From: an uncultured Galactobacillus sp.
GTDB taxonomy: Bacteria > Bacillota_I > Bacilli_A > Erysipelotrichales > Erysipelotrichaceae
Length of the DNA: 64,000 nucleotides
NCBI GenBank assembly: GCA_964385925.1
Contig: CAYLQV010000006.1
Coordinates: 25,919-89,918 of the forward strand
Direction: 5' to 3'
Shown one piece after another: positions 40,989 to 51,027 of the stretch (positions are counted from its first letter, which is position 1; each line of letters begins with the position of its first letter). Below the pieces are notes generated by a model. The model was not told where the DNA came from and did no database searches. It saw nothing but the letters and a program-made list of their open reading frames with translations. The position numbers were made by a program, and so were the translations under genes.

Positions 40989-42371
40989 ATGACAAAGGAT
41001 ATGACCAGCGGAAAAGTATCTAGCTTATTGATTGGGTTTACCATCCCGTTGGTTTTAGGAAACCTGCTTCAGCTCACATATAATGCGGCAGACAGCATCA
41101 TTGTTGGACGATTTGTCAGTTCTAATGCGCTTGCCGCTGTTGGCACTGCCAACCCAATCATGAATATTGCTATTCTTTTTATCTCTGGCATGTGCATGGG
41201 TGCAAGTATTCTGATGAGCCATGAATATGGTGAAAAGAACTATGAAAAGCTGCAGAAGCAGGTATCAACAACTTTTCTAGGCGGCATTGTCTTTGCAGTC
41301 TGTACAACGCTCATCATCATTCCGCTGGTTCCGGCAATCCTGCATTTGATCAACGTACCGGAGGAGATTTTTGCAGACAGTGCATCCTATCTGCAGATCG
41401 TGATGATTGCACTCACCTTCACTTTTTTGTATAACTTTTATGCGAATACGATGCGTGCACTTGGAGACTCCCGCACTCCTCTGCTGTTCTTAGGCATCAG
41501 TGCCGCGTTCAATATAATTGGTGACCTGTATTTTGTGATTGTCCTTCATATGGGGGTCATCGGCTGTGCTGCGGCAACGGCAATCTCAGAATTTTTATCA
41601 GCAGTATTTTGTGCACTGTATATCTACTGGAAGATACCGGTCTTAAAGCTGGGCAGGAAATGGCTCATTTTCGACAAAGGACTCTTCAAAACAACAGTCG
41701 CATATTCATTTACCAGTGCCATGCAGCAGGCAGTCCTGCAAATTGGCAAAGTCATGATCCAGTCCATTGTCAATGTTATGGGGAGTATTCTCGGCATTGC
41801 TATCATTGCGGCTTTCAATGCGGTCAACCGCGTGGATGACTTTGCCTATACACCGGAACAGAATATTGGGCATGCAATGACAACACTACTGGCTCAGAAC
41901 CATGGGGCAGGCAACAAAGATCGAATGAAGGAAGGATTTAAGGAAGGCATCAAGATTGAACTGATCTATGCCTTGATCCTTGGCGGAATCTGTCTGTTTG
42001 CAGCCCGTCCGATTATTTCTTTGTTTGTATCATCCGAGGATGCCAACGCTGCTGAGGTCATCAGCTATGGCACAAGGTATATCCACTTTATGGGTTTCTT
42101 GTACATGATTCCAGCTTTGACCAACGGCATCCAGGGATGGTTCCGCGGAATCGGCGACCTAAAGGTCACATTGGCATCTACTTTCATGAACATGGTAGGC
42201 AGAGTCTTAGCTGCGTGGCTGATGGTATCAGTATTTCATCTGACAGAAACACTGGAAATTGATGTATTTGCCTATGCGAATCTGGCCGGATGGATCGTTA
42301 TGGTTGCCTTTGAAGTGCCGCTGCTTTATAAAAGCACAAAAGAATTGTTTACTTTTCATTCTGAAGGATGA
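40989..42371 (+). CDS. MATE family efflux transporter
   Basis: GNLLQLTYNAADSIIVGR, RALGDSRTPL, QNHGAG, GWFRGIGD. Confidence 0.93.
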   Translation: MTKDMTSGKVSSLLIGFTIPLVLGNLLQLTYNAADSIIVGRFVSSNALAAVGTANPIMNIAILFISGMCMGASILMSHEYGEKNYEKLQKQVSTTFLGGIVFAVCTTLIIIPLVPAILHLINVPEEIFADSASYLQIVMIALTFTFLYNFYANTMRALGDSRTPLLFLGISAAFNIIGDLYFVIVLHMGVIGCAAATAISEFLSAVFCALYIYWKIPVLKLGRKWLIFDKGLFKTTVAYSFTSAMQQAVLQIGKVMIQSIVNVMGSILGIAIIAAFNAVNRVDDFAYTPEQNIGHAMTTLLAQNHGAGNKDRMKEGFKEGIKIELIYALILGGICLFAARPIISLFVSSEDANAAEVISYGTRYIHFMGFLYMIPALTNGIQGWFRGIGDLKVTLASTFMNMVGRVLAAWLMVSVFHLTETLEIDVFAYANLAGWIVMVAFEVPLLYKSTKELFTFHSEG

Positions 42372-42397
42372 CAAAATAGTAATAAGGGAGTGATGAT

Positions 42398-42991
42398 ATG
42401 GCAAAATTATATTTTTATTATGGTGCAATGGGCAGTTCAAAATCTGCCAATGCCTTGATGGTGGAATATAACTATCGAGAAAGAGGACAGAAGGTCCTTC
42501 TGGCGAAAACAAATCTGGATACCAGAGACGGCATCAATAAGATTCATTCCAGAATTGGTCTGGAGAAAGAATGCCTTCTGCTCAGTGATATTGCGGCGAT
42601 GAGTGACGAAGAGATTGCGCAGTATGATGCAGTGATTGTTGATGAGATTCAGTTTGCCAAAAGAGAGCAGGTGGATTTTTTAGCACGAATTGTTGATCAG
42701 CTGGGCATTCCCGTGATGTGCTATGGTCTGCGTTCTGATTTCCAGCTGAATCTTTTCGAAGGAAGTGAACGGATGCTTGCACTGGCGGATGAAATCAGAG
42801 AGATCAAAACAATGTGCTGGTGCGGAAAGAAAGCAACCTGTAATGCCCGTTATAATGAACATGGGATTGTCAGAGAGGGTGCACAAGTTATGCTTGGAGC
42901 CAATGATGAATATATTGCTCTATGCCGGAAGCACTTCCTTGAAGGAAAGCTCCATGGCGAAGATGAAGAACCGGTAGGAATTACAGACTGA
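42398..42991 (+). CDS. tdk: Thymidine kinase
   Basis: GAMGSSKS, SRIG, VDEIQF, YGLRSDF, CWCG...LCRKH. Confidence 0.96.
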   Translation: MAKLYFYYGAMGSSKSANALMVEYNYRERGQKVLLAKTNLDTRDGINKIHSRIGLEKECLLLSDIAAMSDEEIAQYDAVIVDEIQFAKREQVDFLARIVDQLGIPVMCYGLRSDFQLNLFEGSERMLALADEIREIKTMCWCGKKATCNARYNEHGIVREGAQVMLGANDEYIALCRKHFLEGKLHGEDEEPVGITD

Positions 42992-43024
42992 TCGTACATG
43001 ATCAGTTTTTTTATTTTACAGGAT

Positions 43025-43050
43025 AAAAAAACCGGCATAATGCCGGTTCT
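43025..43050 (-). terminator. Terminator of DUF1846 gene
   Basis: Minus strand AACCGGCA-tta-TGCCGGTT + T run. Confidence 0.7.
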
Positions 43051-43056
43051 TATCCA

Positions 43057-44544
43057 TTACTTTCCGTGATACAGGCGCTTCTGCTCATAAACAGGATCAA
43101 ACGTGACATTGACTCCGAGTTTCTGGAAGATGTTGGCATCTTCTGCCGGCAGAACAACAGTGCTGTGTGCTTCAGATTTTCTAAGATGAGGCAGCTGAGC
43201 AATTGCCAGCTCTGCATTTTTATTTGTCTTAGCAAGCATTGCCAATGCAATCAAGACTTCATCAGAATGGAGCCGCGGATTCTGATTGCCCAGTTCATTG
43301 ACCTTCAGATCCTGGATAGGAATGACATACTCAGGAGCAATCAGGTCAAGATCCTTGTCAATCCCAGCCAATGTCTTCAGGGCATTGATCAAGACAGCAG
43401 CACTTGGCCCGAACAGAGAAGAAGTCTTGCCGGTCACAATGCGGCCGTCCGGAAGTTCCAGTGCCATGGCAGGCGCACCAGAATCGTTTGCCTTATTCTT
43501 AGCAATCAGTGACACTCTGCGGTCAGATGCCTGCAGGCCAAGCTGATTCATCAGCAGTTCAATTTTCTGCACGCTGTTTTCTTTTACCTTGTCACGCTTG
43601 AAATCAACAAGTGTTGCAAAATATCTGCGCAGGATTTCCTGTTTGGCTGCTTCCTGAGCTGCTTCATCATCAGAGATGCAGAAGCCGACCATGTTCACGC
43701 CCATATCGGTTGGAGACTTGTATGGGGAGACTGTCATGATCTTTTCAAACATGCGGTTGAGTACAGGAAAGATTTCGATGTCACGATTATAATTGATGGC
43801 TGTTTTGCCATAGGCTTCCAGATGAAACGGATCAATCATGTTGACATCATCAAGATCAGCTGTGGCAGCTTCATACGCCAGATTGACCGGATGACGGAGC
43901 GGCAGGTTCCAGACAGGGAAGGTCTCGAACTTTGCATAGCCTGCATTGATGCCGTTTGCCTGATCATGATAGAGCTGAGAAATACAGGTTGCCATCTTGC
44001 CGGAGCCTGGACCTGGCGCTGTGACGACACACAGATTGCGGGAGGTCTGGATATATTCATTCTTTCCCAGTCCCTCTGGTGAAACGATGAAGTCTACATC
44101 TGCCGGATAACCTTTGATTGGGTAGTGGATATAGGATCTGATACCGTTGTCATTCAGCTTATGGCGGAACGGCTGAACAGAAGACTGATGCGCATACTGC
44201 GTAATGACAACAGAACCAACATATAAGTCGAGGCTGTGGAAGGCGTCGATGAGACGGAATACTTCCTGGTCATAGGATATGCCGAGGTCGCCTCTGGATT
44301 TTGCATTCTCAATATCATTTGCATTGATGCAGATGATCAGTTCGACCTGGTCTTTCAATTCAGTCAGAAGCTTGATCTTATTATTTGGGTCATATCCCGG
44401 CAGTACTCTTTCAGCATGGAAGTCTTGGAACATCTTGCCGCCGAATTCCATGTATAGTTTGCCATGGAACATATTGATGCGCTCCAGAATCTTATCGCGC
44501 TGCAGATCCAGATACTTCTGTGAATCAAAAGCCTTTTTCAGCAT
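43057..44544 (-). CDS. DUF1846 (UPF0371) P-loop protein
   Basis: [59 protein letters not shown]. Confidence 0.9.
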   Translation of the reverse strand: MLKKAFDSQKYLDLQRDKILERINMFHGKLYMEFGGKMFQDFHAERVLPGYDPNNKIKLLTELKDQVELIICINANDIENAKSRGDLGISYDQEVFRLIDAFHSLDLYVGSVVITQYAHQSSVQPFRHKLNDNGIRSYIHYPIKGYPADVDFIVSPEGLGKNEYIQTSRNLCVVTAPGPGSGKMATCISQLYHDQANGINAGYAKFETFPVWNLPLRHPVNLAYEAATADLDDVNMIDPFHLEAYGKTAINYNRDIEIFPVLNRMFEKIMTVSPYKSPTDMGVNMVGFCISDDEAAQEAAKQEILRRYFATLVDFKRDKVKENSVQKIELLMNQLGLQASDRRVSLIAKNKANDSGAPAMALELPDGRIVTGKTSSLFGPSAAVLINALKTLAGIDKDLDLIAPEYVIPIQDLKVNELGNQNPRLHSDEVLIALAMLAKTNKNAELAIAQLPHLRKSEAHSTVVLPAEDANIFQKLGVNVTFDPVYEQKRLYHGK

Positions 44545-44641
44545 GTAAATTTCCCTCTTTTCTCAAAAATTATATCAGAAACAGTGCTTCTGCGGACAGA
44601 AAGTGGCAGGAATGATACAATAATGCTCGGAGATCAAAAAA

Positions 44642-45721
44642 ATGTCATTGGAAACAGATTTATTCAAGCGTATGGAATGCGACCGGACAAAGCTGAAGAA
44701 GTTCGGTTTTGTGAAGAAAGAAAATCAATATCTATATCAGACAGTTCTGGCAACAGACGAAATGAATGTTGAAGTTGTCATTGATGAAAAGGGGACTGTA
44801 TCGGGGAAAGTCATCGATTCTTTTTCACAGGAAGAATATATTGCTGTGCATCTGCCGAATCAAAAGGGAAGCTATGTCTCACAGATCCGCTCCGAATATC
44901 TGCAGGTGCTTGAACAGATTGCCAAGTCCTGTTTCCATCCCGTTCCGTTTGTTTTCCCACAGTCCAACCGCATCAGTCATCTGATTGCGGAGAAATATCA
45001 TATCAAAGTTGAATTTCCTTTCCAGAAGTATCCTCATATCGGCGCTTGGTATCATCCTGAAAACCGGAAGTGGTTTGCCTTGGCACAGGTGCTTGACCGC
45101 AGTACATTCCTGATGGAAAAGGGAGAATGTGAAGTCCTGAACCTGAAGATCCTGGAAGATAAGATCCCATTGCTGTTGGAAAAAGAAGGTATTTATGAAG
45201 CATACCACATGGCAAAGAAGTCATGGGTATCTGTGATGATGGATGAGACACTGGATGATGAGACTGTCATGGATCTTGTGGAAGAGAGCTATCAGCTGAC
45301 TGCCGGCGGCATCCTCCGCCATGGCATCAAGGAGTGGATCATTCCTGCCAATCCAAATTACTTTGATCTTGATCATGCCTTCGAGCAGCGTGATGAGATT
45401 CACTGGAAGCAGACAGCCAAGATGATGATTGGAGATCTCGTATATATTTATTATGGTGCTCCATATTCACAGATCCGCTATCTCTGCCGGGTGACAGCAA
45501 TTGATATCCCCGCTGATATTGAAGGCAAAGTCCGCATTCGTAAGATGATGAAGATCAAGAAGCTCTACTACTATGATCATGATAAAATCAGCCGCAGTGT
45601 ATTAAGGAAATTTGGTGTGGTATCAGTCAGAGGACCGCGCTTTATCCCGCCTGAACTGGCTGCCGAAATACAGACGCTGTACCCTGACAGTATTCATATG
45701 ACAAAGGAGAAAATAAAATGA
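44642..45721 (+). CDS. MmcQ/YjbR family protein with C-terminal EVE/PUA-like domain
   Basis: Middle KWFAL...LNLK...AYHMAKKSWVSV (YjbR); C-terminal WIIPANPNYFD...WKQ...GDLVYIYYGAP..QIRYLCRV. Confidence 0.78.
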   Translation: MSLETDLFKRMECDRTKLKKFGFVKKENQYLYQTVLATDEMNVEVVIDEKGTVSGKVIDSFSQEEYIAVHLPNQKGSYVSQIRSEYLQVLEQIAKSCFHPVPFVFPQSNRISHLIAEKYHIKVEFPFQKYPHIGAWYHPENRKWFALAQVLDRSTFLMEKGECEVLNLKILEDKIPLLLEKEGIYEAYHMAKKSWVSVMMDETLDDETVMDLVEESYQLTAGGILRHGIKEWIIPANPNYFDLDHAFEQRDEIHWKQTAKMMIGDLVYIYYGAPYSQIRYLCRVTAIDIPADIEGKVRIRKMMKIKKLYYYDHDKISRSVLRKFGVVSVRGPRFIPPELAAEIQTLYPDSIHMTKEKIK

Positions 45722-47520
45722 CAGAATTAAAAGAACGCAGTGAAATGGATCCGGCATTTGAATGGGACCTGTCCACATTGTACAAGGATGATGAAGGCTT
45801 TGAAGAAGCACTGAAGGCAGTGGATGCATCTATTGCGAGAACTGCAGCCTATGAAGGCACCCTGAATAATGCTGAGACCATTCATGCATACTTGAAGGAA
45901 AGCTCAGCTCTCAGCCTGGAGATGAACAACATTTTCACATATGCCTCTTTGCGCAGAACAGAAGATACCAGAGACTCTAAAGCACAGTCGATGTATGGCC
46001 GTGCCTATGCGAAATATGTAGAAGCTTCTGCGGCAGCCGCATTTGCAGAACCGGAGATCCTTTCGCTGCCGGATGAAGAAATCAATGCCTTCATCTGCAA
46101 TGATGAATTGAAAGACTACCGCTTCTATCTGCAGGACTTGTTGAGATCGAAGGCACATACTCTGAGCGCAAGAGAAGAATCCCTGCTGGCACAGTTTGGC
46201 GAAGTCCTTGCCAATCCAGGACAGGTTTCTGATACCCTGATGGATGCGGATATGGTGTTTGAACCGGCAGAGGACAGTGAAGGAAATAAACATGAAGTCA
46301 GCGGGTCTTCCTTTATCCTGCTGCAGAACAGCAGCGACCGCACTCTGCGTGAGAATGCCTTCCATTCTTTTTATCAAGGATACCGTCAGCATATCAATAC
46401 GTTTGCGGCAACTTACAGCGGATGTGTCAAGGGAGCTGTGGCAGAAGCACGTGTCAGACATTATGGCAGCAGCCGTGAAATGTCGATGTCGCATGACAAC
46501 ATTCCTGTTTCTGTCTATGATAATCTGATCGATACCGTCCATAAGAGAATGGATCTGATGTACCGTTATGTACGTCTGCGGAAGCGGATCTTAAAACTGG
46601 ACGAACTGCATTACTATGATGTCTATGCACCGCTGGTCCAGAAGATCTCTAAGAAGTACACCTATGAAGAAGCACAGCAGATGGTGCTGAAGGCAGTTGC
46701 CCCGTTAGGCGAAGAATATGTGAACCGCGTGAAGAAAGCCTATGAGGATCACTGGATCGATGTTTATCCGAATAAAGGAAAAGGAAACGGTGCGTTCTCC
46801 AGCGGTACGTATTCATCCAATCCATTTATCATGACAAACTTTACCGGGACGCTGGATTCAGTATCGACAATCGCACATGAAATGGGGCATTCTCAGCACA
46901 GCTGGCTGACAAATCATACTCAGCCGCTGCAGTATGCAGACTATTCTTTATTTGTGGCGGAAGTAGCATCAACCGTGAATGAGAATCTGCTGATTGAGCA
47001 GCTGCTGGAAGAAGAAAAGGATCCGCAGAACAGACTGGCACTGCTGAACCAGTATCTGGAAGGTTTCAAGGGCACTGTCTACCGCCAGACCATGTTTGCT
47101 GAGTTTGAAAAAGAAGCACATGCCATGGCAGAGTGTGGAGAGTCTCTGGATCCGAAGGCACTGAATGCTTTATATGAAAGAATGATCAGACTTTACTTCG
47201 GTGAGGATCTGACTTGGGATGATGAAGTTCAGTATGAATGGGCAAGAATTCCTCATTTCTACTATGTCTTCTATGTTTATGTATATGCGACCGGCTATTC
47301 TTCAGCGACCGCTTTATCTGAAGGCATCTTGAAGGATGGTGCACCGGCAGTGAAGAAATATCTGGAATTCCTTTCTATGGGCTCCAGTGCATATCCGCTG
47401 GATGAGCTCAAGCATGCCGGCGTGGATCTGACTACACCGGAGCCAGTCGATATTGCTCTGAACAAATTTGAAAAGGTCCTGGACGAAGCAGAAAAGACTG
47501 CCGATGAACTTGGCCTGTAA
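45718..47520 (+). CDS. pepF: Oligoendopeptidase F (M3B)
   Basis: WDLSTLY, WIDVYPNKGK.GAFS, AHEMGH, VAEVAST, WARIPHFY. Confidence 0.95.
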   Translation: MTELKERSEMDPAFEWDLSTLYKDDEGFEEALKAVDASIARTAAYEGTLNNAETIHAYLKESSALSLEMNNIFTYASLRRTEDTRDSKAQSMYGRAYAKYVEASAAAAFAEPEILSLPDEEINAFICNDELKDYRFYLQDLLRSKAHTLSAREESLLAQFGEVLANPGQVSDTLMDADMVFEPAEDSEGNKHEVSGSSFILLQNSSDRTLRENAFHSFYQGYRQHINTFAATYSGCVKGAVAEARVRHYGSSREMSMSHDNIPVSVYDNLIDTVHKRMDLMYRYVRLRKRILKLDELHYYDVYAPLVQKISKKYTYEEAQQMVLKAVAPLGEEYVNRVKKAYEDHWIDVYPNKGKGNGAFSSGTYSSNPFIMTNFTGTLDSVSTIAHEMGHSQHSWLTNHTQPLQYADYSLFVAEVASTVNENLLIEQLLEEEKDPQNRLALLNQYLEGFKGTVYRQTMFAEFEKEAHAMAECGESLDPKALNALYERMIRLYFGEDLTWDDEVQYEWARIPHFYYVFYVYVYATGYSSATALSEGILKDGAPAVKKYLEFLSMGSSAYPLDELKHAGVDLTTPEPVDIALNKFEKVLDEAEKTADELGL

Positions 47521-47529
47521 GGAGAGAGA

Positions 47530-48555
47530 ATGGAAGCGTATACCGAATACACCTGTACAAAATTAAAAGAACTGACCGCAATTGACAGCCCGGATGGTTT
47601 TACAAAGGAAGTCATTGCGTATACAAAAAAACAGCTGGAAGATCTTGGTTTTGTTCCAGAGGTGACCAATAAGGGATGCATTGTATGCAGCCTCGGCGGA
47701 GAGGATCATCCGATTGTGCTGTCTGCTCATATTGATACACTGGGCGCACAGATTGCTGAGATCAAGGCGAACGGGCACCTGCGCCTGACGCCGGTCGGTG
47801 GTCTGCCGGCAGCCGTGGTCGAGACAGAGAACTGCCGCGTCTATACACGGGACGGCAGGGTATATGAAGGCACGTTCCAGCTGGTCAATGCCTCTGTTCA
47901 TGTCAATGGTGAACTGGCAAAGACAGTGCGCACATATGACAATATGGAAGTGCTGCTGGATGAAAATGTTTCAAGTAAAAAGGATGTATTTGATCTTGGC
48001 TTAGAGAACGGCTGCTATGTCTGCTTCAATCCAAGAACAGTCATCACACCGTCCGGCTATATTAAATCAAGATATCTTGATGACAAGCTGTCTGTGGCTA
48101 TGCTGCTGGCGCTGGCTAAAAAGGTGAAAGACGGGAAACTGGTGCTGAAGCGCAGGACATATGTATTTATTTCTGTGTATGAAGAAGTCGGCCATGGTGC
48201 CAAGGCTGGTGTTCCTGCAGATGCCGCCGAGTTCCTGTCGGTTGACATGGGATGTGTCGGCGAAGGACTGGAATGTACTGAAAGGCAGGTTTCCATCTGC
48301 GCAAAGGATTCCGGCGGCCCATATGACTATAGTGTTGTCAATGCACTGGTATCCTGTGCCAAAAAAGGCGGTCTGGATTATGCCGTGGATGTCTATCCGT
48401 ATTACGGAAGCGATGCAGAAGCTGCATTAGGTGCAGGATATGATCTGAAGCATGGCCTGATTGGTGCCGGCGTCTATGCATCGCACGGCTATGAAAGAAG
48501 TCACACAGAAGGTGTCAGGAATACATTAGCACTCCTGGATCTTTATTTAGGATAA
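47530..48555 (+). CDS. M42 family metallo-aminopeptidase
   Basis: SAHIDTLG, DDK, EEVG, VDMG, SHGYER. Confidence 0.92.
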   Translation: MEAYTEYTCTKLKELTAIDSPDGFTKEVIAYTKKQLEDLGFVPEVTNKGCIVCSLGGEDHPIVLSAHIDTLGAQIAEIKANGHLRLTPVGGLPAAVVETENCRVYTRDGRVYEGTFQLVNASVHVNGELAKTVRTYDNMEVLLDENVSSKKDVFDLGLENGCYVCFNPRTVITPSGYIKSRYLDDKLSVAMLLALAKKVKDGKLVLKRRTYVFISVYEEVGHGAKAGVPADAAEFLSVDMGCVGEGLECTERQVSICAKDSGGPYDYSVVNALVSCAKKGGLDYAVDVYPYYGSDAEAALGAGYDLKHGLIGAGVYASHGYERSHTEGVRNTLALLDLYLG

Positions 48556-48575
48556 AACGGAGCTCTCCGTTTTTT
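48554..48575 (+). terminator. Terminator after M42 peptidase
   Basis: AAAACGGAG-ct-CTCCGTTTT + T run. Confidence 0.65.
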
Positions 48576-48636
48576 CTTTTATACTTTATGCGTTGAAAAG
48601 ATTATACTAGTACTATCAGTCAAGGAGGGGTGCTGT

Positions 48637-49068
48637 ATGGAAAAGGAGAAATCCTGCGGGGCTGTCATTGCCCGCAGAAAGAATGACCGCATTGAGATCC
48701 TGGTGATACATCAGATCCAAGGTCACTGGTGTTTTCCAAAGGGACATGTTGAGGGACATGAAACAGAAAAGGAAACGGCAGAGAGAGAAGTGTTTGAAGA
48801 AACCGGATTAAGAGTATCTATCGATGATGGCTTCCGTACCTGTACAAGTTATTCACCAAAACCTGGAGTCATGAAGGAAGTCGTATATTTCCTTGCACAT
48901 CCGGAAGCAGGGAAGGAAAAGGTTCAGGAGGATGAACTGCTGGAAGAAAAGTGGGTGACGGTTGCAGAAGCCGCCGCAGCCATTACATTTGAGAATGATC
49001 AGAAGATCCTGCGCGATGCCATCCGCTATATGAAACAGACCGATCATGAAATTGGAGAGCTTCTGTGA
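48637..49068 (+). CDS. Nudix hydrolase (Ap4A-hydrolase-like)
   Basis: EKSCGAV, GHWCFPKGHVEGHETEKETAEREVFEETG Nudix box. Confidence 0.9.
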   Translation: MEKEKSCGAVIARRKNDRIEILVIHQIQGHWCFPKGHVEGHETEKETAEREVFEETGLRVSIDDGFRTCTSYSPKPGVMKEVVYFLAHPEAGKEKVQEDELLEEKWVTVAEAAAAITFENDQKILRDAIRYMKQTDHEIGELL

Positions 49069-49943
49069 GAAGACTTGTTCCATTCAGTGAAGCTTCCAAG
49101 CTCAGATATCAGGCATATGATCATGAAAACCGTCTGCTTGTTTCAGACGATTTTTTTACCGATGCTGCTGAGGCCGGATATTTTATCAAGGATGCGGATG
49201 CAGTTGGATACTACTGCATTCTCAAGCAGAATGATGTACCTTTGATCCATATCTATTTCAATGACAGCATCTGCTTTGAAGATGCATACAGAGCATTGTC
49301 AATGCTGAGTGAAGCATGCATCCGCAGATATCATCCAGCCGCAATTCTGGCTTTGCATGATCGAAGGAATCTGCATCTTCTGCAGGCATCCTGCTATTAT
49401 CAGAAAGGGAAATACTATCAGAAAAAGATTGAACCTTGGAGATATACTCTGAATGATGCGGTATTTGATGAAGAAGGATATATCATCAACCAGGGAGCGA
49501 TGGATAAAATTCCATTCGGCTGGTTCAACACCATGCGAAAAGGCTGCGGCTGGATTGCAGCATACAATCTTCTGAAGATGTGCGGGCATGAACAGACAAT
49601 GCAGGAAACGGCAGAAGCACTCAGTAAATATACGCTGCTAGGCGGTATGATGGGGCAGGAGCTTTATACACTGCTGGTCTATCTGCGCAGGAAAGGACTG
49701 AACTGCTGGACATCACTGTCCCTGGATTCCTCGGCTCTGAAATGCATGGATGAGAGCAGATATGGTATTCTGCTCTATACACATACACAGGGTGCACATT
49801 ACACAGCGTACCGCAATCTAGGCAGTCATAAGATGCAGTTCTATAACGCTGTATATGGGCAGGTGAACCATATTGAAAGCGGAGAGGACTTTCTCAAGAA
49901 AAGAGAACTGTTCCCATTTTCTTCAGTACTTTACGTTAAATAG
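49065..49943 (+). CDS. Hypothetical protein with C-terminal papain-like (C39-like) domain
   Basis: GTG start overlapping Nudix stop; IINQG...GCGWIAAYN...GAHY...FYN pattern. Confidence 0.6.
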   Translation: MRRLVPFSEASKLRYQAYDHENRLLVSDDFFTDAAEAGYFIKDADAVGYYCILKQNDVPLIHIYFNDSICFEDAYRALSMLSEACIRRYHPAAILALHDRRNLHLLQASCYYQKGKYYQKKIEPWRYTLNDAVFDEEGYIINQGAMDKIPFGWFNTMRKGCGWIAAYNLLKMCGHEQTMQETAEALSKYTLLGGMMGQELYTLLVYLRRKGLNCWTSLSLDSSALKCMDESRYGILLYTHTQGAHYTAYRNLGSHKMQFYNAVYGQVNHIESGEDFLKKRELFPFSSVLYVK

Positions 49944-49950
49944 AGATTCT

Positions 49951-49959
49951 ATGGTAGAA
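49951..49959 (+). promoter_or_regulatory. Extended -10 promoter for ParB-like/rluB genes
   Basis: TG-G-TAGAAT about 40 nt upstream of ATG 49997. Confidence 0.5.
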
Positions 49960-49996
49960 TACATTGTCACTGTTGCGACAACAGAGAGGAGCATGC

Positions 49997-50272
49997 ATGA
50001 TCAATACGACGATTTCAATTGATGAGATCCATTATCAGAAAACCGATCCAGGGGAACTGCTGGCTTCCATCCGGCAGAGAGGAATCGCAATTCCTGTCCA
50101 GGTCAAAAAGCGAGATGGATTCTATGAATGTGCTGATGGAAACAAAAGACTGTCTGCGTGTGAAATACTGCGAAGCGAAGATGAAAAATTTTCCAGGATC
50201 CCGATTATGATCCTGAATGATTTCTCGAAGTCCGGCAGTTCCTTCTGGGGCAATACCCAGAACCACCATTAA
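49997..50272 (+). CDS. Small stand-alone ParB N-terminal (ParB/Srx) domain protein
   Basis: RBS GAGGAG; LLASIRQRGIAIPVQV...YECADGNKRLSA resembles ParB LAESIxxxGxxQPIxV...YxIxxGxRRxxA. Confidence 0.72.
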   Translation: MINTTISIDEIHYQKTDPGELLASIRQRGIAIPVQVKKRDGFYECADGNKRLSACEILRSEDEKFSRIPIMILNDFSKSGSSFWGNTQNHH

Positions 50273-50283
50273 GGAGAAGATAT

Positions 50284-51027
50284 ATGGAAAGATTGCAGAA
50301 AGTCATCGCACAGGCTGGTATTGCCTCTCGACGCAAGGCAGAAGAACTGATCAGTGAAGGAAAAGTTGCTGTCAACGGCAGGATTGTCAAGGAAATGGGT
50401 GTGCAGGTCGGCCCCGAAGATGAAATCCTGGTCAACGGCACCAATATCAAAAAAGAAGAGAAAGTCTATTATCTTTTAAATAAGCCGAAGAGAACAATTT
50501 CATCGGTATCAGATGACAAGGGCAGACCAACTGTTATGGACTGCTTCCCAGACATCAGTGAAAGGATCTTTCCAATCGGACGTCTGGACTATGAAACGAC
50601 CGGTCTGCTGCTGATGACCAATGATGGCGAATTTGCCAACTTGATGATGCATCCAAGATCTCATATCAAGAAGACGTATGAATGTGCAGTGGACGGCATC
50701 ATTGACGACACCATGTGCGCCAAGCTGGAAAAGGGCATCAATCTGGAAGATGGGAAGACACTGCCGGCAGAAGTGATCATCGTCAGCCGCAGCGAAAAGA
50801 AAAATAAGACCGTACTCCTGATCACCATCCAGGAAGGACGGAATCGTGAAGTACGGCGTATGATGGAATATTTCCATTGTGAAGTAACGAGACTGAACCG
50901 CATCCAGTATGCATTCCTGGAACTTGGAAACCTGAGACAAGGCCAGTACCGGAAGCTCCGTTCGTTTGAAGTCAAGAAGCTGAAGGCTTATGCACAGCTT
51001 CAGCCAACATCAATGCCGAAGCGCTGA
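50284..51027 (+). CDS. rluB: 23S rRNA pseudouridine synthase (RluB/RsuA family)
   Basis: ERLQKVIA.AGIASRRKAE S4 domain, LNKP, GRLDYETTGLLL, EGRNREVRRM. Confidence 0.93.
   Translation: MERLQKVIAQAGIASRRKAEELISEGKVAVNGRIVKEMGVQVGPEDEILVNGTNIKKEEKVYYLLNKPKRTISSVSDDKGRPTVMDCFPDISERIFPIGRLDYETTGLLLMTNDGEFANLMMHPRSHIKKTYECAVDGIIDDTMCAKLEKGINLEDGKTLPAEVIIVSRSEKKNKTVLLITIQEGRNREVRRMMEYFHCEVTRLNRIQYAFLELGNLRQGQYRKLRSFEVKKLKAYAQLQPTSMPKR

Noticed and set aside
48600-48616. TATACTAGTACTAT short palindrome upstream of the Nudix gene
   Set aside because: Short and AT-rich; consistent with chance or overlapping -10 boxes
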